Shown: one piece after another, positions 37,801 through 49,381 of the stretch
Layout of the letters: each line of letters opens with the position of its first letter
How positions within the stretch are numbered: the stretch's first letter is position 1
From: Eledone cirrhosa
Taxonomy: Eukaryota
Length of the DNA stretch: 64,000 bases
Assembly (NCBI GenBank): GCA_964016885.1
Contig: OZ024747.1
Span: forward strand, 23,808,001 to 23,872,000
Direction: 5' to 3'
Notes under the pieces: generated by a model
The model's database searches: none
Told to the model about the DNA's origin: nothing
What the model saw: the letters and a program-made list of their open reading frames with translations, nothing else
Position numbers and translations under genes: made by a program

Positions 37801-37896
37801 CAGTGTTTTTTATATTTGTTTTTAAATGGTTTCTAGGTCCATGAAGACACATCGAAAAAATCTGGATCTTCAGCTCGTGATCGCTACACTTTATAG
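13085..37896 (+). CDS. EIF4E: Eukaryotic translation initiation factor 4E, class I (7 coding exons, 219 aa)
   Basis: join(13085-13114,28597-28793,30229-30292,35415-35528,36240-36379,37033-37087,37837-37896) = 660 nt, all GT-AG, phases consistent; HPLQ.RWALW, TVEDFW, DYSMFK, IQPMWED, GGRW, all 8 Trp, KSGS. Confidence 0.96.
14560..15021. repeat. Fold-back palindrome centred on (TA)14
   Basis: Left arm taaccactagag...tttgtttgc mirrors right arm gcaaacaaa...ctctagtggtta; centre 14803-14830. Confidence 0.9.
16515..16680 (+). mobile_element. Degraded tRNA-derived SINE (second family)
   Basis: ggctgaacggttaagaagttcgct head; gccttgtgagtgaaattt..agacggaaactg body; related copies at ~32570, 33535 and 54420. 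Confidence 0.6.
17457..17597 (+). ncRNA. Candidate intronic hairpin RNA (pre-miRNA/hpRNA-like)
   Basis: Perfect 28-bp inner stem 17503-17530/17540-17567 plus ~30-bp outer stem; the structure is certain, expression is not shown. Confidence 0.3.
19140..20670 (-). mobile_element. Degraded RTE fragments including 3' end with (GAT)n tail
   Basis: Reverse-strand RT remnants 19140-19940; LHLSKTMSLDRDLWRYAV and tail at 20098-20670. Confidence 0.75.
21235..23700 (-). mobile_element. RTE LINE (APE endonuclease to RT, fragmented)
   Basis: YKFFWVGN..LAEKWVDNVISVHRVNDRII..AYAP (EN); KTGKASRPSGIVAEMLK; QFRFVLGKSTTDAFF; RVKMGWKKFRELL. Confidence 0.9.
23642..24456. repeat. Minisatellite, 14 x 58-59 bp, derived from RTE EN coding sequence
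   Basis: Unit atttgtagcatcgttctttcccaaggagtcca(g/a)ttgattccccctgcacctatacaac. Confidence 0.97.
25028..25501 (+). mobile_element. Helentron/DINE-like non-autonomous element
   Basis: 5' hairpin tagcagaaaaatcacccttcgggtggttttctgcta; 3' end ctttataatagtttagat. Confidence 0.45.
26400..27420 (-). mobile_element. Degenerate Tc1/mariner (maT/DD37D-like) transposase
   Basis: WFFSNEK, MVFGVISSD, KPWID, WPLNSPDCNPLDY motifs across frames; TIR-like agggtgcagatttttaaattggcac near 27390-27415. Confidence 0.8.
27477..28547. repeat. 120-bp inverted repeat pair (27477-27596 and 28428-28547)
   Basis: About 9 mismatches in 120 bp by manual alignment. Confidence 0.9.
28597..28793 (+). CDS. EIF4E: eIF4E exon 2
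   Basis: taacag|ENRPSPD...IKHPLQFRWALWFYKNDKTKTWVSNLKLVTKFDTVEDFWS|gtaagt. Confidence 0.97.
29429..29865 (-). mobile_element. RTE-clade LINE 3' fragment (different family)
   Basis: ESVLLYGSETWTLT..TRMLRMALNI..RRLRLAGH..LFWEP..RGRPRLTY. Confidence 0.85.
30229..30292 (+). CDS. EIF4E: eIF4E exon 3
   Basis: LYNHVQRASKIPFGCDYSMFK; 64 nt. Confidence 0.97.
30381..32149 (+). mobile_element. 5'-truncated RTE LINE with 3' UTR and (GAT)n tail
   Basis: PKDWCSSIIVNCYKGKGDALDRGNYRGIKL..KAFDRVPR..QGSVLSP..YANDL..RRLRWYGHV; two frameshifts. Confidence 0.93.
33815..34400 (+). mobile_element. Old CRE-clade retrotransposon remnant
   Basis: HAALNKIIK.GLDSAGFPS..RRPDNITIFP..CDTF..KY..VAVGTFGVL..EWLF across frames. 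Confidence 0.7.
35415..35528 (+). CDS. EIF4E: eIF4E exon 4
   Basis: DGIQPMWEDEQNQRGGRWVINLNRQQRPTDLDHLWQET; 114 nt. Confidence 0.97.
36240..36379 (+). CDS. EIF4E: eIF4E exon 5
   Basis: LLCLIGEAFDEMSYIVCGAVVSVRAKGNKLGLWTRDAGNSEANIKIG; 140 nt. Confidence 0.97.
37033..37087 (+). CDS. EIF4E: eIF4E exon 6
   Basis: QKLKERLHIPAKISIGYQ|gtaatt. Confidence 0.95.
37837..37896 (+). CDS. EIF4E: eIF4E exon 7 (coding part)
   Basis: ttctag|VHEDTSKKSGSSARDRYTL*. Confidence 0.95.
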   Translation, partial: VHEDTSKKSGSSARDRYTL

Positions 37897-39172
37897 AAAC
37901 CAATTGGTGTGTTGCAGGTTTTGATGGCTGTGGTGGCTAGGACTGGAACACACATCCACAAACACACATGTTGCAGGCTTTGGTGGTGTTGGTGGTGACC
38001 AAGACTGGGACACACACACACACATACATACACACACACCAGTCTTGCAACACTGGTGTTGCTTGGTGTGAAATGAATTCTTTTGACACAACACATGTGA
38101 AGGAAGTTGTCTTCCCTGCCTTCACCCTCTATTGCAAAAATTACAAAATTCTAAAAAATATATATATACACTTTTTTTTTAAGGAAAAATTATTTGGCTT
38201 TAAAATATGAAATATTTGATGGATGAAAGTTTGTGTCAGATCTGATTTTGCTGTGTAAGAAAGCTTCATTCAGCACACATACACTTCAATCTACAAGAAA
38301 TACTGTTAAACATTCGCCATTGTTGGCCTGAAAAGGATTTAATGCCAGCTTTCTTTGATAATAAATGGAAGCAAAACAACCCTTATTTTGTTGAGTTTTA
38401 TTCCACTTTTTGATATTACATGCCCTTTTTCTTTTTAATGTATTGCAATTTTATCCAGATATTTGGGTAAATATGCTGGGTTCTGTGTGTGTTCCTATTT
38501 TTCTGCTTTTTTTATTTTTGTTCAATTTCATTACCATATTTCTACTGAAAAACACTGCCTGTGATTTTCAAATCATTTTGGAAAGATTTAGTAATAGCTC
38601 TTTCATTAAGTTGTTCCGATTATCTACTTGACTCAAAGGTTTTAAAAATATGTAGAACCAGGGGTGGTTTGGTATGAAATGTATATGTAATTTGTTCAGT
38701 TTTACTTTTTGTTGCCATATTTCTTATGTGACTGCCCCCGATTTTGAAAAATAATCAAATTTGAATTGGGGTAATGCAAGTTGATATTTTAAACAAAGGT
38801 TCTTTTATAAAATCATGGTGGAAGCCTTATTTAAATATACACATTAAAATAAACAGCTTTTTATCTTAGAACCAGATGTGATTTGATATTAAAGGGGTTA
38901 GACTAACATGGTCACAGTTAGATATTTGTCTGAACTTATGTGATTATCTAGTTTGTCACCATGTCATGTATTTACTTTATTGTTGGGACAATATAGTTAC
39001 ATGAATAAAATTATCTTTAAAATATATACTTTTGTTTTTGTTTTTGAATATATTTTCTCTCGGTGAAGATTAAATTGCTTGTGTATAAAATGTGACAGCA
39101 CGGGTGAGTTGAAAAAATATTGTGTTGGTATTGATAAAGATGTCTTGAAGGGACCAATACACAAAAGACGAA

Positions 39173-39197
39173 AATAAAAACTTTGTAAAACTTTATT
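39173..39197. terminator. Opposite-strand poly(A) signals (AATAAA + 39173-39178; AATAAA - 39197-39192)
   Basis: The minus hexamer lies ~45 nt after the HEATR1 stop; the plus hexamer is the last one before HEATR1 (others at 38360, 38848, 39004). Confidence 0.5.
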
Positions 39198-39241
39198 TCT
39201 ATTTACATTTTTAAACTTCAATTGCTGACTGTAAGCAAACC

Positions 39242-39330
39242 TTAAAAATATTTCTGTAAGGGTTCTCCAAGAGTTTTTTCCATTTCACACAGAACTTGTT
39301 GACATTTCTTCTCTATCTTCTCGCACTCAT
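39242..39330 (-). CDS. HEATR1: HEATR1 terminal exon
   Basis: DECEKIEKKCQQVLCEMEKTLGEPLQKYF*. Confidence 0.95.
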
Positions 39331-42300
39331 CTACAACAGATTGAATAATTCCATTTTAACCTTTTTGTTACCATATGTCCGTTTCAATTGCATTGAAGGA
39401 TTTAGTAATATAAACACTTTAAAATAAACTATTGTAATCAAAAAGGGTAAATTAACAATCCACTAAAAACCATATAAAGTTTAATATTTACCTTCCATTA
39501 ACTCTGCCAAAAATGGTACCGTCTCAGGCAACAGATTTAGGTAACTTTCTCCAAGTTTTTTGTGCAGTTCATTGATCATTGTTAAACTTGCTAGACGGAC
39601 CTACAACAAATATCTGCATTATAGTTAAAAGTTAATAAACTAGGGTGTTGGACACCTGGACAGGGGCTCTATCATTTAGACACCCAGGAAACATACATAA
39701 TGAGATGGCAAGAGATTTTGAAATACATATTTAAATGAAACAAAATTAAGTAAAAAGGGGAGGGGACAGAATGCCCCACTGAGCTGCATTCTCTTTGATT
39801 TTGAGAAAATCAACAATGCAAGAGGTCTTGATGTCAACTGGTACCTGGATTTGCAGCCGAAGTGAGAAGCAGTGAACATCAGAGCACTTACAATTACCAT
39901 GTTCGAGGTCAGCTGGTTGTCTCAAGGCTCCTCTTGATGTTGGGCGAACTGGCCTATGATAGCAGCTAGGGCATCTGGTACAGTGTTGCTTGAGGCCAGC
40001 ACACGTCCTAGGTTAGCTTGTGATCGACTTGAACATTGCTACCCCTCATACGCTGTCTAGGCAGACAATGTTGCCTCAAAATCAAGGAGACTGGTGGCCA
40101 AAGTGCTGGAATTATTCAGTGCTAGTAGCCTTGGAGATCCTGCGACATGAGATCACTACCAAGACCTTGCCCCAAGCTGTGTGGAGTTAAATCCCCATTG
40201 TACCATGCCCCTATATCCACCTGTGGTGTAGAGGTATTCCACTATTATGTTTATTGACTCTTCAAAAGGGCCACACCATCAGTGGTTACTATGCCAACTT
40301 GCTGAGGCAGTTACGAAAAACTATCAAGACCAAACGCCCAGGAGAACTGACAAAAGGGGTCTTGTTTCATTAGGACATTGCTCCAGCACACAAATCCTTG
40401 GTTTCACTGGTTGATCACCCTCACTATCATGTTTCCCAACATAAAAAAAAAATTTGGTTGGGAACCAGTATCGCAGTGATGACTTTTTGACCAAGAGGGT
40501 GAAAGCTTTTTTTTATCAATGGTATCTGAGCACTGCATCATTGATGGAAGAAGTATGTGGACCACAAGGAGGACTATGTTGAAAAACAAACCTCATTTGG
40601 TCAGCCTATGACCTTTTCAGCTACCTCTCAATATCAAGTTGGTGTTTGTAACTTGAAGATTCTTACATAAAATTATGATGTTAGATTTTTCAATAAATCT
40701 AAACATTTTAAAATGGAAAAAAAATACTTACATTGACTGAAGAATGTTTAGTTTTGAGCAATACTTGATAATTGAGAGACTTCCATAAGGTGTCATCATG
40801 AGTAGCAACAGCCAGTTGGCTTAAACAGGGTACTAAATGATCCATTACACGTTCATTGTATTTCTTGTCATACATATTACTGAACTGAAATAAAGATAAG
40901 AACAGTTAGACTTCAATGAATCATTAGATATACTACTACCTTAAGAGGCTATGGGCACCGCCCTTACCTGCTAATAAGGAAAAAAAGGAAATAAATACTA
41001 AAGTTAAATTTCTAAAAGAAGATTACCTGATCAACAAGGGGAGTCATCAACAGTTGAAAACTTTCTTTATTGACAAAACCATCAGTATCATAAAGGAAAC
41101 ACTTGTGGGCACAGTCTATAACATAGATGAGCAACATGGACATGTTTTTTTTCCATTGTATATCTGAGGAGAGAAACAGACAAGAGATGTGAAATATTGC
41201 AATGTTGAATACACAAGGAATTACACAACAATATTCTGTCACACACAAGAGAAATCACAACAAAGAATAGTACCACCTTACGTCATGAAACAAATCAGAC
41301 TAACCTGGATTTTTATCTTTGTTATATTGATTCAATACTTCAGCCATATGTTTGACTATATGACCAGCAAATATGAGAAACAGACTGCGAAGATTAGCAG
41401 CAAGGCTAGAATAGGGAGAGGAAGAAATAATATAGGTTAGTTTTAACATACTGAAGAAAGAGAGAGAAAGAATATAGCTTAGTTTTAACAAGGTAACATT
41501 AAAACATCAAAATGGTGACATAATATAAAAATTAAGAGTTTCTCGCTGAAGACCTAATAATGCTAGGTAGAGTATAGTAGTGTGTCTTGTTTAGTGTTAA
41601 ACATGTTAGCATGTATGTATATATATATATATATATATATAGTAACAATAAATTTGAAGACTAAAATATGCAGGTTCGTACGTATGGTGGGTGTGTGTAT
41701 ATGCGTACTTCATGTTTTAGTTGACCTACGTCTCCGAACATTCGTGTATTTATATATAGGTATGTGTGTGCGCTTGTTATATACGTATTTATTTATTTGT
41801 ATACACGCATACACACACACACACATATTTATATGTGCATGGTTTTGTATACCTATGGTAAGTTTTTGCGTATGCTTGTGTATGTACGTATTTGTTTGCG
41901 TGTATGTATTTATTTATTTATATTACTTCTGTATTGTATTTATTTACTTTGTTCTTAACTCTGTAGCGGAGATTCATTTGGTCTCCTAGTTAGAATTTTA
42001 GTCTACGACTTCTGCTATACCATTTACGTGGTTGTGTCTTTGCGTGCTATTGTTCTCCACGCTCCACATATGACCTATTATCTTCGTTTTTTCGTTCATT
42101 GCCAGAGAACGTCTCTATGCACCACCTAAGAGAACATTAGTCTACGACCTCTTTTATACCATAAACGTGGTTCTGTCTTTGCGCGTAAATCTTTTTCACC
42201 GCTCCTATTAATGACGTATTATTCGTTTTTTCCCGTTCTTCGCCAGCGAACGTTTCCACGAACCAAAGTATCGTCTTCCTGTCTTCCTCCGGTTGCAAGG

Positions 42301-45300
42301 TTTTTTGAAATATCCAGTTCTGCGTTTACAGATTGACTTTGTTAGTTTCAGAAGATCCCGTTAAGGGTGAAAGCAGCGATTCTTTGCTTAAACTTTAATC
42401 TGTTATTTTAATAAATATATATATATCGGAATACTGTTGGCTTTTTGCTACAATATTTTCTATACCTTTCATTTAAATATATATAGTTTAAGGAAATGAC
42501 AAAACAGAGGTAGAAAAAGTCTTATTAGTTTCACGCTTTATATGAAAAAGGGGAAAGAAAGTCCGACGTGTTAGCCCTTCTTCAAGAGTACAAAAATAAT
42601 AAATATATAAGCATAGTGTGAAATATGTAACTCACCTCTCAGCCAGTCGATAGAATACCAACACACACAGCTTATTGGTCTTGTTGGACATACACCAGTT
42701 AAAACACTACAAAACATCATTTAGATATGCAACTCAGAGTTTATAACACTGTCATTGTAACAATTACTTTAACATCATCATCATCATTACAACAATAATG
42801 GGCATTTAAGATGACTAAATACCATTACATTCACTTTTGTTTATTTCCTGAGCCCCAAACGTTTAATGAAGTTGCAGGATGCTGTCATGACAGTGTGTTT
42901 TATTTATCTAAAAGTAGCGAAGCCCATCCTTCTGGTTTGACCACAGTCTTATTTCTTCCAGAGTGAAAGAGAGAGAGAGACAATTAGTCCCAGTACTTCA
43001 CATATATTTTATTTATAAAACTTGAAACGATGAAAGGTAAAACTGAACATAGTGGGATTTTCAACACAGAACGTTAAGGACCATAGCTAAATACAGCTCT
43101 GATGCTCTAACATTTCCCACAATCCATTGCGCTTCCATAGTGTCACATACACCTGCTATACATTCACCCAACATACTATATAACTTGACATTATACTCAG
43201 CCAATACACTATATAAGCTGATATACCACATCCACCTAGTATGCCCCATCTGCTATATAACCACTCCAGACATGTTAAATATGAATAATTAGAACTATCT
43301 AGAAGTGTTCTTACCTTGAGGAAAAATGGTTTAAACTTTGCTTCTGATAACTTCATCACCAGACTGATGATACTTTTATTAATCTCCCCCTCAATGCCAC
43401 TGATGTCTACATTGGTCTCTTTCTTGGGCTGAGGAACAGAGAGAAATGATAGTAAATGGTGAACAACAGAGTCAGTAACACAGTAAACAGATCAAGTATA
43501 TATATATACATATACACAGGTAAAGGGGATGCTCTAGAGAGGAGTAATTATAGGGGCGTAAAGCTGATGGATCAGGTTATGAAAATGGCAGAGAGAATAT
43601 TAGCATAACTGATTAGAGAAAGGGTCAAATTAGATGAGATGCAGTTTGGTTTTGTGCCTGGGAAAAGTACAACAGGTGCCCTCTTCTTTGTGAGACAACT
43701 ACAAGAGAGGTTGTTAGAGAAGAATAAGCCACTATACTTAGCTTTTGTTGACCTAGAGAAGGCCTTTGATAGGGTACCCCGATCTGTCATCTGGTGGTCC
43801 CTAAGGAAACTAGGTGTTGAGGAATGGCTTGTGAGGACAGTGCAAGCTTTGTACAGAGGTGCTGTCAGTAAAGTGAGAGTAAGAATGGAGTTTAGTGAGG
43901 AATTCCAGATACAAGTAGGAGTACATCAGGGTTCGGTCCTCAGCCCGCTCTTGTTCATTATAGTCCCCCAAGCAATAACAGGAATTTAAGAATGGCTGCC
44001 CATGGGAACTTCTCTACGCTGATGATCTGGCTCTTATAGTAGAATCAGTAGAGGAGTTAGAGAAGAAATTTTGGCTATGGAAGCAGCAGTTGGAATCAAG
44101 AAGACTGAGAGTAAACATAGCTAAGACAAAAGTGTTGATAAGTAGAAAAGAGGACAAAACTCTGATTCCATCAGGGAAATGGCCATGTCCGATATGGCAT
44201 AAATTCTATAAAATGTACGCAATGCAGATCTTGGGTACACAAGAGATGTAGTGGGATAGCAGGCAAACTAACAGGTAGGGAAAACTACGTATGCAGTAGA
44301 TGTACAGGGAAAGTTGACAGTAGTAATCACAGTGGTAGACACATTTTTCAAATGCAGGTGGGTTCTTTAGAAGTGGTTGATAGCTTCCGGTACCTAGGTG
44401 ATCAGATTAGCATGGGAGGGGGGGGGGTATTCCAAGGCCATAGTATCTAGAATAAGGACAGGTTGAAAGAAGTTTAGGGAGCTGCTTCCTCTGTTGACAA
44501 AGAAGGGTTTCTCCCTGCGTATGAAAGGCCGGTTATATGATGCCTGTGTGAGATGCACGATGCTGCATGGTAGTGAGACATGGGCAGCAACTGCAGAGGA
44601 TATGCGACGGCCGGAGAGAAATGAAGAAAGTATGCTCTGTTGGATGTGCAATGTCAATGTGCGTGAATGACCAAGCATAGATGAGTTGAGAGAGAAACTG
44701 GGTATAAGAGGGATAAGTTGTGGTGTGCAGGAGACAAGGCTGAGATGGCATGGACATGTGATGCGCATGGAGGATGACCGATGGGTAAAGAAGTGCCAAA
44801 AAATCCCAGTAGAAGGAAACCACGAAAAACATGGGCGGAGGTGGTAAGAGCAGACCTCAGATTGCTGAAGCTCACGGAGATGACGAAGGACAGTGACAAG
44901 TGGAGAGATGGTGTGCTGAATATGACCCGTCCCACCCTTGCAAGCAGGGAAAAGCGGACGTAAAATGATGATGATGATGATGATATATATATATATATCA
45001 TCATCATCATCATTTCATTTTACGTCCGCTTTTTCCCTGCTTGCAAGGGTGGGACAGGAACTGATTCTGGCTTGATTTTTACAGCTGGATGCCCTTCCTA
45101 ACACCAACCTCATTTACAGTGAGTGCTGGGTGCTTTTTTGCCGTGGCACCTCCACGAACACTTTGCAGTGGAATGATATGGACCCCAGTCCCTATCATCT
45201 CATTTCTACAGCTGAGTAAACTGGAGCAATGTGAAATAAAGTGTCTTGCTCAAGGAAAAAACACATCACCCGGTCTGAGAATTGAACTCACAACCTTTCG

Positions 45301-45430
45301 ATTGCAAGGCCAATGCTTTAACCACTAAGCCATGTGTGTGCCTCCATATATATATATATATTTAATATAGAAATGGCTTCTACAGCACTAGAACTGTTTC
45401 ATTCGAAGGAAATCACCAGGAAAGCTTTCC

Positions 45431-45477
<47 letters not shown>

Positions 45478-45485
45478 ATATATAC

Positions 45486-45532
<47 letters not shown>

Positions 45533-45721
45533 AAAGAGAATTGGAGAAAGGTGACCCACCTTACAATGTAGCCGGAACTCAAGACAAGTGAGGAAAAACT
45601 GTTCCAAAGGAATATATTGTTTGTTGACTTCTTCTTTGGTCATTGTGTTAGCAATGTGGTCAGAGAGTATGTCCATTAGACAGGAAATATATGACTGAAA
45701 ATATAACAATAAATTGATTAG

Positions 45722-45758
<37 letters not shown>

Positions 45759-48700
45759 GTAAGACAAACTAAGGAGAAGAAGATAGCATTGAGTAGTTGC
45801 AGGAGTTCAAAGCCTAGGTTCATATGGTATGGTCCCATAACGTCTGATAGAGTTTTAGGGCACCGTATTGACATACAGCGTTTCTTGGGTATTTTTAAGC
45901 CTGGCAGAGTCCACTCCTTTCTAGCCCTGAGTAGAGTAGATTTCTTCCAGAGAGGAAAAAATCGACCCCAGTACTAGACTTGTATTTTTTTTTTATTGAC
46001 CTTGAAAGGATGAAAGGTTCATAAACTAATGTAAATGTTTTGTGGCACTTAATTCTACAAAGCATCCTAACATCTTAACATCCTGTATTGCATGAAACTA
46101 CATTAGCAAGAGCCTTGAAAAGTACAAAACAGCACTATCACTGCATCATAAAAAGTCTATACTCTAATACTACAAATTTTCACAACAATCCGTCTACTAA
46201 AGATACAAAAACATTTGAAATCACAAACCTGTTTTTAAATATTTTCTCCTAAATCATTACAGGATGTTAAGAGTTAATTTATTTAATTTTTAGATGCTGC
46301 ATCTAGTTTTAGAATAGGTGCACTATATTCCTGTGTGTCTTATAAAGGACCTCAAAATGGGAATGATGCATGTCATGAGTTCAACAAGGCTATCTATCCC
46401 CTGCTTTAGTAAAGGAAATGGCTTTAAAACACTTGTTGTTGGCGTTGTTGTTAGCAGAAGATGAGAATGTTATTTGAATGACAGGCACCTTATACAGGAA
46501 AATATTTGACTCACATCTACCAAACATCATTGAAATCATTGACTTGAGTGTTATTTTTGTAAGACTGGAGGTTCTAGATCATATTATTATCTTGAGTTTA
46601 TTTCAAAATGGAAATCTGTGCAATTAATCTAAACTGAGGTTATAATTATTGAATTCAGACAAAATAAAAAAAAAAAACAACAAAACTTGGGACAAAAATA
46701 TTCTAACCTTATTCTTCAGCAAATAAACTGTATAACATTTGGAAATAACAGTGACCAATATTCGGGATGGAACTTTTGAAGCTATTATCACTCTGAAATT
46801 AAAAAAACCCAACAAAATAATATAGATTGACAGACAGAGAGAAAATAGATAGATAGACGAGGTTTCATTGTCCAAAGATAGATAGCATTAATTTGACTAC
46901 TGAGAAAGTGAGGTAGGAGGGGAAGATATCAAATTACAATTTCCCAAACAAATCTAGCACAAAGTGATTGTCACATGATATACATTTTATTATAAAGATA
47001 TACATACACACACACACATACGTGTATGTGTGTCTGTGTTTGTCTTTCCAATGGGACTACTTGGGAAGCTGGTGATATTGTTTATGTACTCCATAAACAA
47101 TATGTCCCAAAACTCCGGTTTGACATGTGAAGATTAGTGTTAAAAGTCCATTCTAATTCAGGACATCTGGCCATAAAATACTACATGACAGCATAGAATG
47201 ATGGACATAAAAAAATGATGATGATGATGATAACAATGCAATCAGTTAGACAAAAGATTCATATAATATACAATGTTAGTCAGTCAAAAGTTAGCATTCC
47301 CAGGTCTACCCCATTCATTTCAAATCAGTGTATGAGACATAAAAACGAAAGTATGGTTACCAAAATCACAATGAACTCACCTGAGACCCTTTAGTCTGAG
47401 AACTAAGTTTGGATTATCAATAGTTTCTTCACAGGACAAATAACAAATCTGGAAGGAGAAATCAGCAGAAAACTGAAGTTTATTTCAGCAAAAGACAATT
47501 GGAAGAATAGTTGTTGTTAGCGTAATGGATGGTAGAATTATTGTTATGGTAGTGAATGGTAGAACTGGTTGAGCTGTTGTTGTTAGGGCAGTGAATGGTA
47601 GAGGCGATGTTGTTATGGTAGTGAATGGTAGAACTGGTAGAGCTGTTGTTGTTAGGGCAGTGAATGGTAGAGGCGATGTTGTTATGGTAGTGAATGGTAG
47701 AACTGGTAGAGCTGTTGTTGTTAGGGCAGTGAATGGTAGAGGCGATGTTGTTATGGTAGTGAATGGTAGAACTGGTAGAGCTGTTGTTGTTAGGACAGTG
47801 AATGGTAGAGGCGATGTTGTTATGGTAGTGAATGGTAGAACTGGTAGAGCTGTTGTTGTTAGGGCAGTGAATGGTAGAGGCGATGTTGTTATGGTAGTGA
47901 ATGGTAGAACTGGTAGAGCTGTTGTTGTTAGGACAGTGAATGGTAGAGGCGATGTTGTTATGGTAGTGAATGGTAGAACTGGTAGAAGAAATGTTGTTGT
48001 TAAGGTAGTGAATGGTAGAACTGTAGAGGCGATGTTGTTGTTATGGTAGAACTGGTAGAGTTGTTGTTGCTAAGGTAGTGAATAGTAGAACTGGTAGAGT
48101 TGTTGTTGTTAAGGTAGTGAATGGTAGAACTGGTAGAGGTGATGTTGTTAAGGTAGTGAATGGTAGAACTGGTAGAGGTGATGTTGTTAAGGTAGTGAAT
48201 GGTAGAACTGGTAGAGGTGATGTTAAGGTAGTGAATGGTAGAACTGGTAGAGGTGATGTTGTTAAGGTAGTGAATGGTAGAACTGGTTGAGGTGTTGTTA
48301 GTGAAGTGAATGGTAGAACTGGTAGAGGTGTTGTTAGTGAAGTGAATGGTAGAACTGGTAGAGGTGATGTTGTTAAGGTAGTGAATGGTAGAACTGGTAG
48401 AGGTGATGTTGTTAAGGTAGTGAATGGTAGAACTGGTAGAGGTGATGTTGTTAAGGTAGTGAATGGTAGAACTGGTAGAGGTGATGTTGTTAAGGTAGTG
48501 AATGGTAGAACTGGTTGAGGTGTTGTTAGTGTAGTGAATGGTAGAACTGGTAGAGGTGATGTTGTTCAGGTAGTGAATGGTAGAACTGGTAGAGGTGATG
48601 TTGTTAAGGTAGTGAATGGTAGAACTGGTAGAGGTGATGTTGTTAAGGTAGTGAATGGTAGAACTGGTAGAGGTGATGTTGTTAAGGTAGTGAATGGTAG

Positions 48701-49290
48701 AACTGGTAGAGGTGATGTTGTTAAGGTAGTGTAGTGGATGGTAGAACTGGTAGAGGTGATGTTGTTAAGGTAGTGAATGGTAGAACTGGTTGTGTGGTTG
48801 TGGTGTTGTTAGTGTAGTGGATGGTAGAGCTGGTAGAGTTGTTGTTAGTGTAGTGGATGGTAGAAGTGCTGTTGTTAGACATTAAATGATGATGATGACA
48901 ATTAAAATATATTTTGTATCATAGAACAGGGAGTGTTTTCAGAAAGTTTGGTCTCAAAAAAATTAAAAAAGACTCACGTAATCCAGAATATTTCCAATAT
49001 AAGGAGAGAGAAATGAAGAATGGTATTGAAGGAGACGGTGGAGGGCAGTAACAGTACTGAGTAATAGCAGCGTGTTTCTGGAAATAGATGAAATAAACAT
49101 GTAGAGTTATGCACACTGTGTGCTCTATAATATAAGGTAGTGCTGTGTATGTGTCCAATAACATAAAGTAGAGCAGTGTAAGATGTGTACTCTATAATAT
49201 AAAGTAGAATTATGTACAATGTGTATGTTTTAATATAAAGTAGAACTATGTTTTATGTGTAGAAGTAGAGAGAGAGACAGACAGAGACAC

Positions 49291-49381
<91 letters not shown>

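Noticed and set aside
39760-40200. GC-richer stretch as an extra exon or gene
   Set aside because: Stops in the frames examined, and the HEATR1 model is complete without it; probably an unclassified TE relic.
41582-41989. YI/CV-rich ORFs here and at 1901-2204 and 58883-59254
   Set aside because: Translations of TA/TG microsatellite-rich sequence.
42345-45420. Hammerhead-ribozyme-like motifs (cagaaga..gaaa at ~42350; ctggtga..gaaac on minus at ~45390-45412)
   Set aside because: The CUGANGA core is mutated and stems I/III are not supportable; at most decayed Penelope-associated relics.
47591-48734. RGD-repeat ORFs (VVNGRTGRGDVVK)
   Set aside because: Translations of an intronic minisatellite, with non-ATG starts and no splice context.
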